This document shows positions 38,333-52,631 of a stretch of DNA of 64,000 nt, one piece after another; the first letter of the stretch is position 1; each line of letters starts with the position of its first letter. Below the pieces are notes generated by a model. It ran no database searches. It saw only the letters and a program-made list of their open reading frames with translations, and was not told where the DNA came from. Made by a program: the position numbers and the translations under genes. The DNA comes from Lama glama (taxonomy: Eukaryota), in contig CM052837.1 of the NCBI GenBank assembly GCA_028534125.1, positions 21,080,001 through 21,144,000 on the forward strand, in the 5' to 3' direction.

Positions 38333-41300
38333 CTGTGGAGAGATGGAAAAGGAGTGTGGGGGGCATGAGGGAGGGATGCTGGTGTTCTACCTGAGAGGCT
38401 GCTCACTGGCCTATTTGAGAAAAAACTGGTACTCACATCACATCACTTTGCACAGCAGAACAAAACCCAGTTTACTTCATAAACAGGGCCATTAGAATGG
38501 TCCCAAGACCTAACAGAGACAGAGGAAAGGAGTCTCATATCCGTTGACATAGAGAAGGAAAGTAGTTAGTCTGAGCAGAACAATACTGACATCAAGTAAG
38601 CTCTTGGCAAAGACACGTGGTTAAGTTCTGGGGTCTAAAGCAGGAGTTTTCAGAAGGAAGAAAACAGACAGGGCCCACCCCTCTTGACAGGCTCCATTCA
38701 GCTCACAGGACAAGCCCCAGAGCAGGGGCTCCCCGCCCCACTTGGGGAGCCTCAGCAAACCCTTAACTCCCAAGACTCACTCAGTCCTTATCTCTGGCCC
38801 TCCAGCTTACTGCTGAACTCGGCAGCCGGCCCCTTTCTGGCCCCTGAGAGCCACGATGCTCAGCGGTCTGGACAGGGATCAGATACAGTTATTCTTCTGT
38901 GAAAGGACTGGCGGAGCCCTGCCCCGTGACCTTCAGCAGAGGCAGAGCACAGGTGCCCCCCATGCAACACGAAGCGAACTGAAGGGCCCAGACACTGTAC
39001 ACCCACCATGGCTGATGTTCTTTTTCTTGGTCTGAGCCGTAGGGTCACAACCTTCGCCTCTTGTCTGCTTATATCCCGTTTCTGAATGATGTCCAGGACC
39101 ACTGCACTGGGCAATCCAAGTGTACACTTCATACACCCGACTGGCCCAGGGACTCGAAGTCTGGCTTCTCAATCTCAGGAAGGACAAGGCCCTCCCTGAG
39201 CTGGGCGGCTCTCTCGCAGCCCCCCTGTCACCTGCGCAGAGAGGTCGGCCTTCCCAGACCATCTTGCCTAGGTGGTTGCCCCTTATTTTTCTCTTTCAGG
39301 ACACCCTTCCCAGCACTTACCAACTGCCTGTTTACTGACCACCTCCCTTCCTTGCGGCACAAGCCCCTGATGGCTGGGACCGTATTTGTTTGGTTCACTC
39401 CTGTACCTCAGGCACCTAGCACGGCACACGGTCAACAACCGATACCTGATCGAACAGGTTCTCATGTTTAATAAGTGACCTACTTCACTGCACACTAATG
39501 ACTTCAGAAATATTTATATTCTGTAAAATGATCTGAAGGAGAAGTCAGCTGCTCACCACCAAGGGCTGAGGCACGTTACTAACAGGAGTCACGTTACAGA
39601 CATCACTAGCTGTGTGGCCCATCTCTGTCTCAGTTCCCTGATTTTTAAAAACTGGGGACATACTTCACCCAGGGTTCTGCTGAGGTTTCAGTGAGAAGAC
39701 ACAGATACAGCCCTGCACGGGGCCTAGGACAGGCGATCCCTGCCTACCAACTGACAGCAGATGGAAGCTGTTTGATGGATCAAATTTTCTTCTTGAGGAC
39801 CATTCCTAGGAGCCTCTCCTGTACTGCTGGGCATCAAATATGAACTTAAATGTTAGCCAAACGGAGCTAAATTCTGGTTTATAATTTTGTTAATCCGAAA
39901 AGCCTGTGCTCTCAGGGGGTTTGGGTTTTACCTTGGCAAAGTCAGTTTTGCTTTCTTCCTTCAGTTTAACAGACATGTATGCTAAGGAGGCAAGGGGGGG
40001 GCAGGTGGAGGGGGGGCGCTCTGAAAAATGTTCTGGCCTGTTTAGTGCCTAAACAATTAGTTTTCTTTACTTAGGGTAATCTCGAGTTTATAACCTCAGT
40101 GGTGGTTCCTGGAGAAGTGATTAGAATATTCTAATTCACTGTTTCCACTTCACCGCAGAAAGGAGATGGGGCCTGCGTGGGAGACAATTTTTGTTTAAAA
40201 ACAAAAATATCTTTGATAATTAGAGTGGCAAGGGAAATTATGGAAAAAAATGCACCAAAAATGGGAAGCGGATTTCTATTTACACGTGACACAGTTGACA
40301 GTTTTCCCTGGTGCCAAAGACTGTTAGAATGCAAATGGTTTCATTTGATTTTTTTTCCCCCTTCAAGTACTGGAACAATTCCTCAAGCTACAGCATGGGC
40401 GCTCTCTCAGCTTCAAGGAGTATTTTGATCTGGGCAACACCCAGCAAAGTAGTGTCACAGCCCAGTTCAGTCCTAGCTCTGTTCTGACTTCCATGGCACA
40501 GAAACGTTGCAATGTTCATTTTCGAAGCCCTTTTTAACTTGCTAAATGCGGGTGTTGTACTCTTTGGCAGGAGAGGAAAAGGAAGGAAGCCACTCTCTCT
40601 GTGCTTTGAGATCCCAAATGAAATGCTAACAGGGAGGCGAAGTTCACCTTCTTTTATTAAGCAAGAGCCAAACTCTTGGGAGAATTATTTTGGGTCTTGT
40701 TAGCTCTTAAAGGGGTTGACCCCCCAGAACGGCAGGTGGCAATGCAATTTATTCTCCCACCTCTGTGGCGGGGAGCAAATTATTTTGCCTCCCGTGAACC
40801 CGCTTCCTCTTTCTCCAAAGGAAAATGATCATCACACCCGCCCCACCCATCTCACAGGTTTGTTCCGAGGCCCTAAGGAGATGAGGTGCAGGAAAACACT
40901 TTGAAGTGTATAATGAAAACACCGTTTCTTCCAGAAAGAGTGTGTGTGTGTCTAAGGAATAATTATCACTACCAACCTTGGCAGCACCGTCACATCATGA
41001 AAAATTCTTAGATATTCTGGAAAGGGCAGAACATTTGTCTTTTGTTTCACTCATAATTTCCTTCATACTGACTAGGTAGGGGTCTCAATTCTGCTCATTA
41101 TTTTCAGGAAGAAACAAATGCGATACACTCTGCCCTCTGCGTGCCCGAGGTTGGGAGCAACTGCTGTGCCACGCGGCCAGGTGGCTGGCAGGCACAGCTG
41201 TGCTTTTGCCTGGCAGAAGGCATGCGACCCGCTGAACTCTAAACACCGACAAATTCTGAACCTGGACTTTTGTTCACTTTGAGGTTCTAGGAGCTGAGCC

Positions 41301-42820
41301 TGAGACCCAGGAGGTCTTGTTTGAGTATTCGGTGGCCCAGCCCTGCTCCAAACTCTGATACCACTTCATCTTGTGACCAGTTCCTGCCCATCCTGAGCTA
41401 GGGAGAGGGGCTCCCAGAAAAGGGGCTCCTTCTTCCCAGCTGAAGACGTCGAAAGCATCCTTTTGCATAATCAAAAGGCAGAACACAAAGACGGGACCTC
41501 TGCTTTGAAGTCATTAGAGTAACTGCCTGGAAAATGTTCCTAATACATCTTGAGACACGGCCGAGATGGCTGTTGAACATGCCAAATGGCCAGCTCCCTC
41601 TTTTTTCAAACCCAACCGAAGAGAAACACTTGAAAAAATATATACGTACACCATTTAACTCCTGAACAGAAATTTCCTTCTCCTTCCCCCAGGCCCAAAT
41701 CAGTGGCTCCAGGGAGCACAGTTATCAAGAGATGATCTGGTCCCCAGAGATTTGGGAGGCACTCAGCTGTGCCTCATGCCTCTGAGTGTCCTGAGGCCAG
41801 TGATTATCTCTCAATAACCTGTAGGGCCGTGTAGCTTAAATGATAACTTGACTTTAAAAAATTTAGAACTCGCCGTTAGGCAGTTTCTAAGCAACCTCTG
41901 TTTCCATGGCAAAGAAGCCTGGTGTTTATACTGATTTTTCACTTAAAATGCGGTTTTATTGAATTTCACTTCATGCAGGCAGCCATTTCCCTGCACTTCA
42001 GCCCTATCTACAGTTGACGGGTATCAGTAAGTACCTAATAAACTCCAGACACCAAACCAACACAGGTGACTCATTCCTTTACGATCAATATCAGGTGCTC
42101 CGAGTGACAAAGCTGGGGGTGAGGTAGCCTGGGGTTGGGGGCGGGGATGGGAAATGTTCTACGAGAATCCAGTTGGCTGGGTCTGAGTCCCTCTCTGTGT
42201 GGTTCACCAAGCATTTGCTGGCACCAGGCCCTGTGTTAGGTGTGTGGGACACAAAGATAAAGGGACAGAAGCTCTGGCCTCGGGGCTCCCTGTCTGGTGG
42301 GGAGGACAGACTGATCAGAGATGCACAATGCAGTGTGGAGAGGGCCAGGCTCAGATCACATGCGGGCCCGAGCCAGGGAAGGATTCCTGGGGAGGGGACG
42401 TGGCAAGTCACTTCTCTGTACATCAGATCCAGCCCCAACACTCCCCAGCAGTTTTCAGGCATGGGGGCTGGATCATAGGCCCTTCTACCCCAAAGGTGGC
42501 AAAACCAAAAAGACTCTCCTCGGTTGAAGACACAAATATGCCAGAGTACGTCCCCACCATCTCGGGCTAGACAACATCTGCTCAAGGGGAGCTCTAGAAA
42601 ACCGCCGGCCAAGCAAGGCCCAGCAGAGCTAAATAAACTGTAACTGAAATTCAGAGCTTCCAGTTCTCCTGGGTGACAGGCTATTCTTTCTCTGTCAATT
42701 ACTTGCTTGAGGGATCTGCTGCTCCTGGTCTCTTTCTGGATTTATAAAATGCTCTCATGAGCTGTCTGCATAAATGCCAGTGGTAAAGAGCTTGTGGCTT
42801 TGTGATCCATTTATTTATTT

Positions 42821-42890
42821 ATTTATTTAGGGAGTCTAAAGAAGTTATTCAGGGTATTTATTTAGGGAGTCTAAAGAAGTTATTCAGGGT
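42821..42890. repeat. Perfect 35-bp tandem duplication
   Basis: atttatttagggagtctaaagaagttattcagggt occurs twice (42821-42855 and 42856-42890), preceded by (ATTT)n. Confidence 0.95.
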
Positions 42891-43201
42891 GTCTTCTTAG
42901 GAAAACGACACAGGCTGTCTATACGTTAGGCACGACTAAATGCAATCGGAAAATAAACTCACTTGTTGGAAAGTGAGGCACATCTGCAAAGTTATTTTGG
43001 CTTCCCTGTTATTCCCTTTCTGGCAGAACAGCCTCCACGCTCCTCTTTCCTCCAGCCACCTCTTCTCCCGTGGCTCCGAACATGCTGATGCTACAAATGA
43101 GGCTGTGTGTTTCCTTTTAAATAAACGGATGCTCAAGGTGTCGACGTGTCCGAGCCAGCAAGCAGTGGGGCGATGCTTCCACACTCGGTAATTCACACTA
43201 A

Positions 43202-43349
43202 NNNNNNNNNNNNNNNNNNNNNNNNNNNNNNNNNNNNNNNNNNNNNNNNNNNNNNNNNNNNNNNNNNNNNNNNNNNNNNNNNNNNNNNNNNNNNNNNNNN
43301 NNNNNNNNNNNNNNNNNNNNNNNNNNNNNNNNNNNNNNNNNNNNNNNNN
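43202..43349. other. Assembly gap (148 N)
   Basis: Run of N. Confidence 1.
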
Positions 43350-46300
43350 ATAAATACCACCAATTACCTCTGCAGTTGTACATACTTGTTCGGCTGTATT
43401 TACCTGTTCACAGTCGTTCATCTATCGATCACCAACCCGCACACTCACACAGAGACCGACACTGAGAATATTTAAATGCAATGGGGACAGGATTTAAAAC
43501 CATAAACACCAGAAGCTTATGATGCTAATCGAGTCCCTAAAGTACCACAAGACGAAGTATCATAGATGCAGTGGAATGACTCCATTGCTTTGTGCATATT
43601 TAAAAAGATATGGCACTGAGAGGCCCAATTTGCTACCGACAATACAAAAATAAGCCAGAGCCGAGAAGGGTTTAAATCCCTCTGGCGCAGGATTTAAAAG
43701 CAGCCTCTTCCATCCAGCCAGCTCTCCCCAATGCAGGCCCCAGCACCGGCCTAGAGCCCACCACCACCACAGCGCTGATGGCCACACTGTGCCTCCTGGT
43801 CCCCCCTGGAAGACTGACACCCTTGAAGATAGACACATTTTCGTGGCAGACTACCTGTTTTGCGTCCCCCTCCCGGCCACCCCGAACTGTTTTCCTGTAA
43901 CTCACGCTTTGGCACTAAGCCAGCAGCCTCCACTGATGTTGCTGTAAGAAACAGCTCGAGGAAATATACTTCTGCATTTACTGCAAGGACATTAGGGATA
44001 ATCGGTCACAATGGTATCCAGTGTTCTAAGATGATCCACAAGGAAATTTTCTTAGGCTTCAGTACCAAGGGAATTTCAGAGCTGTGCTTCCTTCTGAAAA
44101 GCTTTCCTTTCTTATTTCAGAAATGACTGGAAGTTGCACAGCAGATGTGCTTCCCTCTTTGCCTTGTCTGTTAGGAAACCCGGAGCCGTACTGAAGTTCA
44201 TCTCCAGCAGGGGTGCAGAGTTCAAAGTCTGCGTTTCATATTATCAACCTTAACCCTGGCTTCCCCTTGTTTTCCCTATGATTTATTTTTCCCTTAAAAT
44301 ATGTCCTCACTTCCTATTTACCTTGTATACACTTAAGTTTATAAGATTTCCTAGGTCTTTTTTGGAATAAGGAGGAAGTTTAAATAATGATAACTACCAC
44401 TTACTGACTTTTTACTCTGGACTGACATTTTGTGCTAAAGACTAATACATATGACTTTACTAAATCTTTGTAATAATTGTATTCGGTGGAAAAAAATAGA
44501 TATGCTTATTCTAGTCTTGTAGATGAGGAAACTGAGACTTTGAGAAGGAAATTAATTTGCCCAAGACTACAGCGCTCCTAAGCAGTGATGTGAGGCCAAC
44601 TCTACCCTGGACTTTGAACTATCAACACCTTTGTTGATATCAACACAGTACCAGGCTCCAAAAGATCTTTTAAATATATACAGATATAACAAGACAACTG
44701 AAACCATGTCCTTGGCTACTGTACTTGGTACAGAGATCATCACATTCACTCTTGCCTCTTAGGTGTTCAGCACAGACTACAGACCCTGCAAAGGGATGAA
44801 ATGGCCACCCTGTGGTCGGCCAAGGCTTTTGGTATCTGAAATCCACTTTGTGCAGGTGGTCCAGCTAGCAGGCTCCATCTCCTGTCAAGAGTGTCCTGGT
44901 TCCCGACCTAGCACAACATGCACAAGTGCAATGCAAGTCCCACACTTGGCTTTCCCACTGGGTGGTGAAACGGATGACCCTGGCAGATTATCAATCACAT
45001 GACAACACCAAGGAAGCAGGGGCAGGATTGGCAGCATTTGATTTAAGTAGCACAGAGGTCCCTGCCTTGAGATCTGAAACCCAGCAACCCACTTTGTTTG
45101 TAATCTGCACAGCAGATGTCTCTTATCTTTGACACCAGGAAATCATGCCTATATATGCACAATGAACAGCTTCAGATCTGAGTGTATTTTTAGAACAATG
45201 AGCCTTGAAAAGAAAAGCAGCAATGCCTGTCAAAAGATGGATAATAGGAAAGCTAACTACTTGGGTCTGGACTTGTCAACTATTAATCAAATGTCAAAAG
45301 GGAAAATATTAAGAATGCCCTCATTTCCATGCTGGGTGCAATCTGAGGGTTAACAGCTTTGCTGCCCAAGCTCAAACCAACTGCCCACACCATTTGAGAG
45401 GATGAGCTACTAATTTCAAGCTCAGCTGAACTAACGGATCACCTCTGTGGCTCCTGATCCATTCAAATATAATAGGCCCACATGTGGGTAAAGAGAGGAG
45501 CTGGGGCTCTGACGGGGATGAAATGAATGAGCCTATGCCAGTCTGAGTTTGTGTAGGGTTTGAAAGCAGCGGCTGGGTCTTTGATGGGCTGGGATCCTAC
45601 TGCTGGAAAGCAAGCAGGGAAGTCAGTCAGTAAATGAACCTTCCAACTTGGTCCTGACTTGCCCTGCAAAAGGCGGTAGGGGGAGGTGGTACAATTAACA
45701 TGAAAAAGATCCTTCCCTGGTGAAAAGCCCTGTTCAGATTTCAGTAAAGATGAAGCAGGCTTCCAACAAGAAATGCCATGCCCAAGTGTATACGTGTATG
45801 TGTAACATATGCACAATACATCATATATTTGGCAGATTTATGCATCTCCCACGTGGGTTTGTATACACACATAACTATACCTCCAGAATGGAAGCACCAG
45901 GAGGGCAGAGGCCCTCTTGCTCCCCTCTATTTTCAGTGCCTAGAACAGTGCCGGGCATACAGCAGCCCCTCAGCCAACCAGCAGGATGAATGAACGCCAA
46001 GCAGACTCTCTTACATATTAAGGCAATTCATCTGCATGAAGATTCTGGAGGAAGGTGTTAGCACAAAACCCAGTGTATAGAGGAAGGAAACGCGGTGCAA
46101 GGAAACTAAGTCATTTGTTCAAGGTCACAGAGCCAGTGAGATGTGAACCTAGGTTTGCCCACCTCCAAGACTGTGCCCTTAGCCGTACGTACAATGGCTA
46201 GGAGAGGAAGAGACAAGGGCACTCTCCCTTCCCCGCCACACACGTCCAGAACCACAGCATCCAGCATCTACACAGCCAGGAGGCGCACGGCCAGTCACTA

Positions 46301-49300
46301 CTACGGGTGCCCTGCATCCCCACCTGGGTCCGGGGGTTGGCAGGTGGAGGAAGGAGTAGGGGGCAGAGACCGAAAGGCCTAAATGCATTGTTCCTCCTTT
46401 GTTGGGCATGCACTTTAACTTTTTAAAAATAGGTATTGCCTAGTTTTGTTCCTTTTAGCCCCAGGGTGGAAGACTCATTGAATGATTTAAGACCTCCACG
46501 CAAAAGACAGGGTGCCTGAGAGCTGCTCAGAGAGAAGCCCAAGGAGTGTGGTTTTCATGGAGTTGAGTTGAACCAGGCCGAGTGCATGTAGGAAAAACAG
46601 ATTTCAGGGCATGTGCTCTCATCCCAAATTCCTTTCATGTGTAGGAAGGAAAAGCTCCATGGCCAGTAAGGCACAGAGCCGCAGAGGCCCACTGCATGCC
46701 GGGAGGTATGTCAGAGGCTTCTGGGGCCACTGGAGAATTTACACCAGTTAAGTTTGCCAAGGTGAGATGGGGGTGTGGCTGATATAACCTGTTATTTTGT
46801 AATCCAGTGCTTACTCTCAGGAACTCAGCCTTATTTACAACTCATGATATGCTGATCCCTCCTCCCACACCCCAAATATGGATTTCTCACTTGCTTTCCA
46901 TTGAAGTTATTTAATTGGTGGAACTTGGGGGAGTTGATATTTTTTCTTGCACAGCCAGATAATAGTGACACCTGGTGGTAACAAACAGCAAGGTTATACC
47001 CTGCTCTTACCCTCCCCCCCGCACCCCCCAACCAAGTTGCAAGATTTATGTCCCTCCTTACAAGGCACATTCGCTAGATAAAAGCATTAAACTGGAATGG
47101 CATCTCCGTTCTCAGCATTTACAGCCTTGGTTATATCAACCACCCCCTGATCAATTTCCATTTCTAGAGTTTACAGCCTGGATGTAAAAGCCTGCCACAA
47201 AGGCTATATTTAATATGACAAATTAAAAAAGCAAACACACGCCTGGTCATTCTTTGGAGCCAGGAAAAGCAAACAGGAGGAAGGAAATACCCGACCGTGA
47301 TGCATACACAAAGAGGAACTTTTAAGGAGCAGCCAGGTTTGCCTCTATTCCAACCTGAGGGAGGCTGCCCCTCTGAGGTCCCAGCCCCCATCTGCCAGAC
47401 CTACAGACACAGCTGCTCGTCTACCACCTTTCAGAATGCGGGAGACCTCAAAACAGCCGCATACCCTCACAGGTTCCTCACCAGCCCCACCACATCCAAA
47501 GCAAGCAAGTTATCAGAAACTCACGATCTCTTAGGGAGTTGGCGGGGAATCTCTGGATGGCTCTGGCTTTTACTGGTTTTTTTGAAAATAGAGCTGAAGC
47601 TTGAGTTTTTGTAACCCTCCAGCTATAGAACTCCTCCTGGGGCCCCTGGCAAAGAACACACAGCCTTCTCTTCCCCATGGGTGGGTAGCGGGGTGTCACT
47701 GACGGGTTGTGTGGGGCACACTGAGGGGCAGGAGTGGAAGCAGGGGGCTGGGGAGGAGGTTCCTGCAGTGATTCAGGTAAGAGATAGGGTGGCCTGGCCT
47801 GGCAGCTTGGAGGTGAGGAGAAACACAGTTTTAAGAGAGATTTCACAAGTTAGGTAGACAGGCTTCACTTCTGGAATGGATGTTGGGGGGATGAAGGAAA
47901 GAAAATTAATGACAAACAACTGGATGGATGTACGGCCATCTGCAGAGCTGGGCACTCTGTCTCACTCAGGGAACCTCATTCACTGGTTCCTGTAGGTCTG
48001 ACTGTTTTAATATTAATCGGCCCACCCAACTCCCTTTCCTCACTTGGTAATGAGACTCACAAAGAGACCAGGTATCCTACTGTCTCAGGATTCTTCTCCC
48101 ATTTAGAGAGCTTATTAATTTCTGAGTCAAGATGCCAAATCAGCTCCTGATCAAGGACAACTGAATTCTTTTCCCCCTGACTTCAAAATAAGTTTGCAGA
48201 TGATATGTCTGTGAAGCAATCAACCCTGCACTTCCTCCCCGCCTGCCTGGCAGAGGGAGGTCATCTGATTCAACCCTGAATGGAATGCGGTGGAGCAAAC
48301 AAAGGCACTGCAGTCTGGCTGTATTCTCCTCCTTCAGAGGCCCCTGGAATTCCAAGTCAAGAGTCAGCAATGTCTGATTCGAGTTTAATTGCTTTCAGCA
48401 GCAAAAAGGAAAATTAGAAATGAAAAGATAATGTATTGTGACTATTAGCTTGTTTGACGGGTCTCAATTTGGAAGATGGGTATGGGGTGGGTGTGGGAAA
48501 AGTAGGAGAGGGCAGGGAATGTGAAAATAAGATCTCTGTGACTCCTGGTTGTTACAGGCACCCAGAAGAATCTGCTTCTAGATGGATTCATCATGTTCGA
48601 GAGTTGTACTTTAAATCTTGGCACAATTAGCTTCAGGGACACTGCGTGGGGGAGGATTCTTTTCATCCTAAGTTGGTCCTTCAAGGAATAAAAATGTCTG
48701 GGGACAAGAAGCTGGTTGGGATGCGCTCCTGTGCTTGGGAAACCATGACTGATTCTGGGCCTAGGGGATGTGACAGGAAAGGGACAGAAAGAAAAAAGGG
48801 AACTGGGGAAATCTAGAGTAAAAAATTGCAAAGGATAATAAATCAATTCAAAGAGATACTTCCATCACTCCCAGAGAGCGCAGGTTTATAGGGGAGCAAG
48901 TCGGCTTTCCTCATTTCTCGGTTGGAGCAGCCTTTCAGTCCTTCAGGGAATGAGATGATTTCTACCCGACCAAGAAAGATCAGGGACACATTCCCAGAAG
49001 CCAATGAAGTGGGAGGGACTGTTTCTTTGCCTGGGGATGCAGAGCCGCAGGGTCCAGGATAGCAGGCAGTGCCAGGCCGGACAGGCCGGCTTCCGCCCTG
49101 GCTGCACATGTCCAGGGCTGGCAGTTCCAGGGCGCAGGCTGCTCCTGGCCAGGAGAGCTGGGGGAAGGGGACTAGGGTGCATTCTGGGTCTCAAGTCTGG
49201 GGAGCGCTGCTGTGCTCAGAATTTTAGCTTTTGAGACAAATCCTTTAGGACTCACAGAACCAGACACAGCTTCTTCTGTTACAGGTGGCACAGCTATTCT

Positions 49301-49815
49301 CTAATAAGCAGAACTCTTGGAAATTAGAATCTTGTAATTTCAGAGTTGGGAAAAGGCCCTTCAAACCATTAGCCCAGTGGTTCTGAATGTTTCTTGGTTC
49401 AAAGACTCCTATCATAATCAGATGAATGATATGGACTCTGTCTAGAAAAAGACACCTACGTGTCTGCTTGCACACACGCAATTCTGCATACAATTTGTGA
49501 GGGTTCACGGCACCTGTCGCCAAGGGTCACTTGGCCACCAGAAGAATAAGGCACAGACGCAGATCACCCGCCGACCCAGCGAGTGCTTTGTCCCCTCCGG
49601 GACACCGTCTTTCTGCTTTTTGCCCCTATGGAATTGTTGCTGACACTGAGGCAGAAGAAAAGGTTACTTGCAAAGAGAAATGCGTCTAGTGAAAATACCA
49701 TCTCTAGATGTTGGCACAGTTAAAGAAATCATCTTAACCTGGCAAGAAGAGAGAGAAGAGAAAAGAGCAGAGATGCCTCGACTCTGCTCGCCATTAGCAA
49801 ATCATCTATAATTTA

Positions 49816-49977
<162 letters not shown>

Positions 49978-50103
49978 TCAGACTTCACTGAGGACAAGCA
50001 GTAACCAACAGCTGTCTGCTGAAACTGGAATGGCTAGGCAAGATGCCGTGGGCTCTGTACTCCACCCCCAGGTCTAAAACCACAGCAAGGTAAACTAAGG
50101 TTA

Positions 50104-50493
<390 letters not shown>

Positions 50494-51989
50494 CTAAAAG
50501 AATGATTGGTAATTCAATTTCATCTAGGTCTCTGTTTGGAAAAAAAATTGAATTACTGCTGTTAATCCCCTGTCCACAGTTTGTGATTCTGACAGTTATG
50601 AATTTGGAGATCTCAGCTCCCAAGGCATGGCTGCTTTTATCCATAAATACAGATTATATGGAGAATAATTCAAAGGAATCTTGGGTTGGATGAATAATAC
50701 GGTTTCCCTCCCTTTTTTGTTAAAAAAAAGTAGAAGAGCTTAAAGCAGTTTGTACAGACCATCTCTTGAATCTTCCTAACATCTCTGAGGAAAGACTTGT
50801 GCTTTTAACTCTAGTTAGCTGAACAAAGAGAAACAAGTCCAGCAGCCAAGGCCCAGCTCAGCAGCTGCCACGTACGGGCACTGGGAAGGCAGGGGCTGGC
50901 CGAGGTCCCTGGCCTGGGTCAGGGTGGGGCCCCCAGAGGGGAGAGCCGAGCCAGAGTTCCTTCTGTCCTATGGCACAATCTCTTATGTATATCCATCTTC
51001 AGTCTTTCACAAAAGGCAGTTTCTTTGCATGTCTCATTTTAAACTTTCTCTAGCAGAACATATTGAAACGCTTTGCCCCGCTGCACAAGACTGAGTATAC
51101 AGGATAATAGGAATTTCTTTAAAAATTGGTAAGCAAGCCGTATCCAACACAGAGATTGCTGGCCGACTTTGCGGAGAACAGGGCACTTATTTCAGGGCCC
51201 TCAGCTGGACTGCACGAGGCCATACGGACCTCAAGGGTCAGCAACATGTCTGGGAGTGGGAAAGCAGCTTGTTATGGTGCACAGATCTTTATATTTTTTC
51301 ATTTTTCAACACTTGCTGTCATTTCAGATAACCTATTAATTTTCATAAAGGAAAACAGATCTGAACAGGATTTAGCAAGACCTCCTCCTTCTCCTCAACC
51401 CTAGCTTCCTTCCTTCCCTTTCTCTCTCTCCACGCACACATGTATGTGTGTCATTTTGTGTATTTTGCTCTGGAAAAACAATTAACAATTTTATATGTTT
51501 TAAATGTAAGCTTGCATTTTGGTCCAGTATATGCTGAAGAATCTCACAGAAAACCAAAACACTTTTGCCAAGTAAGATTAGCTGCATTCCTGGCTTCATT
51601 TTATATCCCTACACATCTTTTTCCTTTGCCTCATCTTGCTCACCCACATCTAATTTATGTTAGCTTGCCACGGTAAATGTATCTCCATAAGTTGCTTTAA
51701 ATGTTTTTTAGAGTAAGGAAGGATATAAATAAACAAGCCAAAATATGTGTGCTAATACAAGCCAAACTAAATCAGGGAGAAGAATACATACACAGAGGGC
51801 TTGTAACTTTTCAAAGCATTTCACCAAATAGTCCCATTTTATCCTTGACAATGCAACTATGAAAAAGATGGGAGAGGTGGTCATGGGCTTTGCCCAGAGC
51901 TGCTCGGCTGGGCAGAAGATACCTGTTGCTAGAACCTTGGCCTCTTCACCTTGACTCTTGTGCAGTGCACAGAACATGGGCATGAACTC

Positions 51990-52185
51990 ACAGATTTGGG
52001 TTCTATCACTTACTAGCTGTGTGACCTTGAGAAAGTTCCTTAACTTCTCTGGGGTTGTTTCCTCCTCCTCTGTCAAAAATGGGGATAATAGTATCTGCCT
52101 TGAAAGGTTGTGGTAAGGAGATGAGCACAGTGTGGGGAAGTGCCAAGCATGCCACCCAGTGCATAGTAGGTGCTCAAAAAATATT
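51990..52185 (+). mobile_element. MIR
   Basis: cacttactagctgtgtgaccttgagaaagttccttaacttctctg...aaaatggggataatagta...catagtaggtgctcaa. Confidence 0.8.
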
Positions 52186-52398
52186 GGTGGTTCTCTTCAT
52201 CTAGTTCACTCTGCTTCAAAGTCAAAAGGAAACTGACTTTTATTTCCTTCTTTGTGCTTTTCTTATTTTTCTATACTTTCTTCAGGATGTAGTACACGCA
52301 ATCAGATAGAAAGAGAACCAATTCCCAAAGACTGCTGAGCTCTGTGCTTACTCCCCTCCATCCCCACGACTGACTGTGGTGGGGCATCAGTGTGGTAC

Positions 52399-52539
52399 CT
52401 TGAAGGCTCTGAGCACTGCTAGGGGGTCATCATTTGTGAGTCGGTGCACGAGTGAAGGCCAGGCCCGATGAGCCAAGGGAAGGAGCCGGTTCTTGTGGGA
52501 TTGCAGAACCACTACACACAGATCCAGCACATCCAAGAC
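52399..52539 (-). CDS. TTI1: TTI1 coding exon
   Basis: Acceptor ttttctttcag|GTC, donor AAG|gtacc. 141 bp. [47 protein letters not shown]. Confidence 0.96.
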
Positions 52540-52631
52540 CTGAAAGAAAAGAGGACATGATTTTGGCAGACAGATACCTGGGACCAAGTCACTGTTTTAA
52601 AAGAATAAAACTTAGAAACTCACTAGTGAAA

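Noticed and set aside
42936-43475. ORFs spanning N runs (also 61098-61724)
   Set aside because: These are artefacts of translating through assembly gaps.
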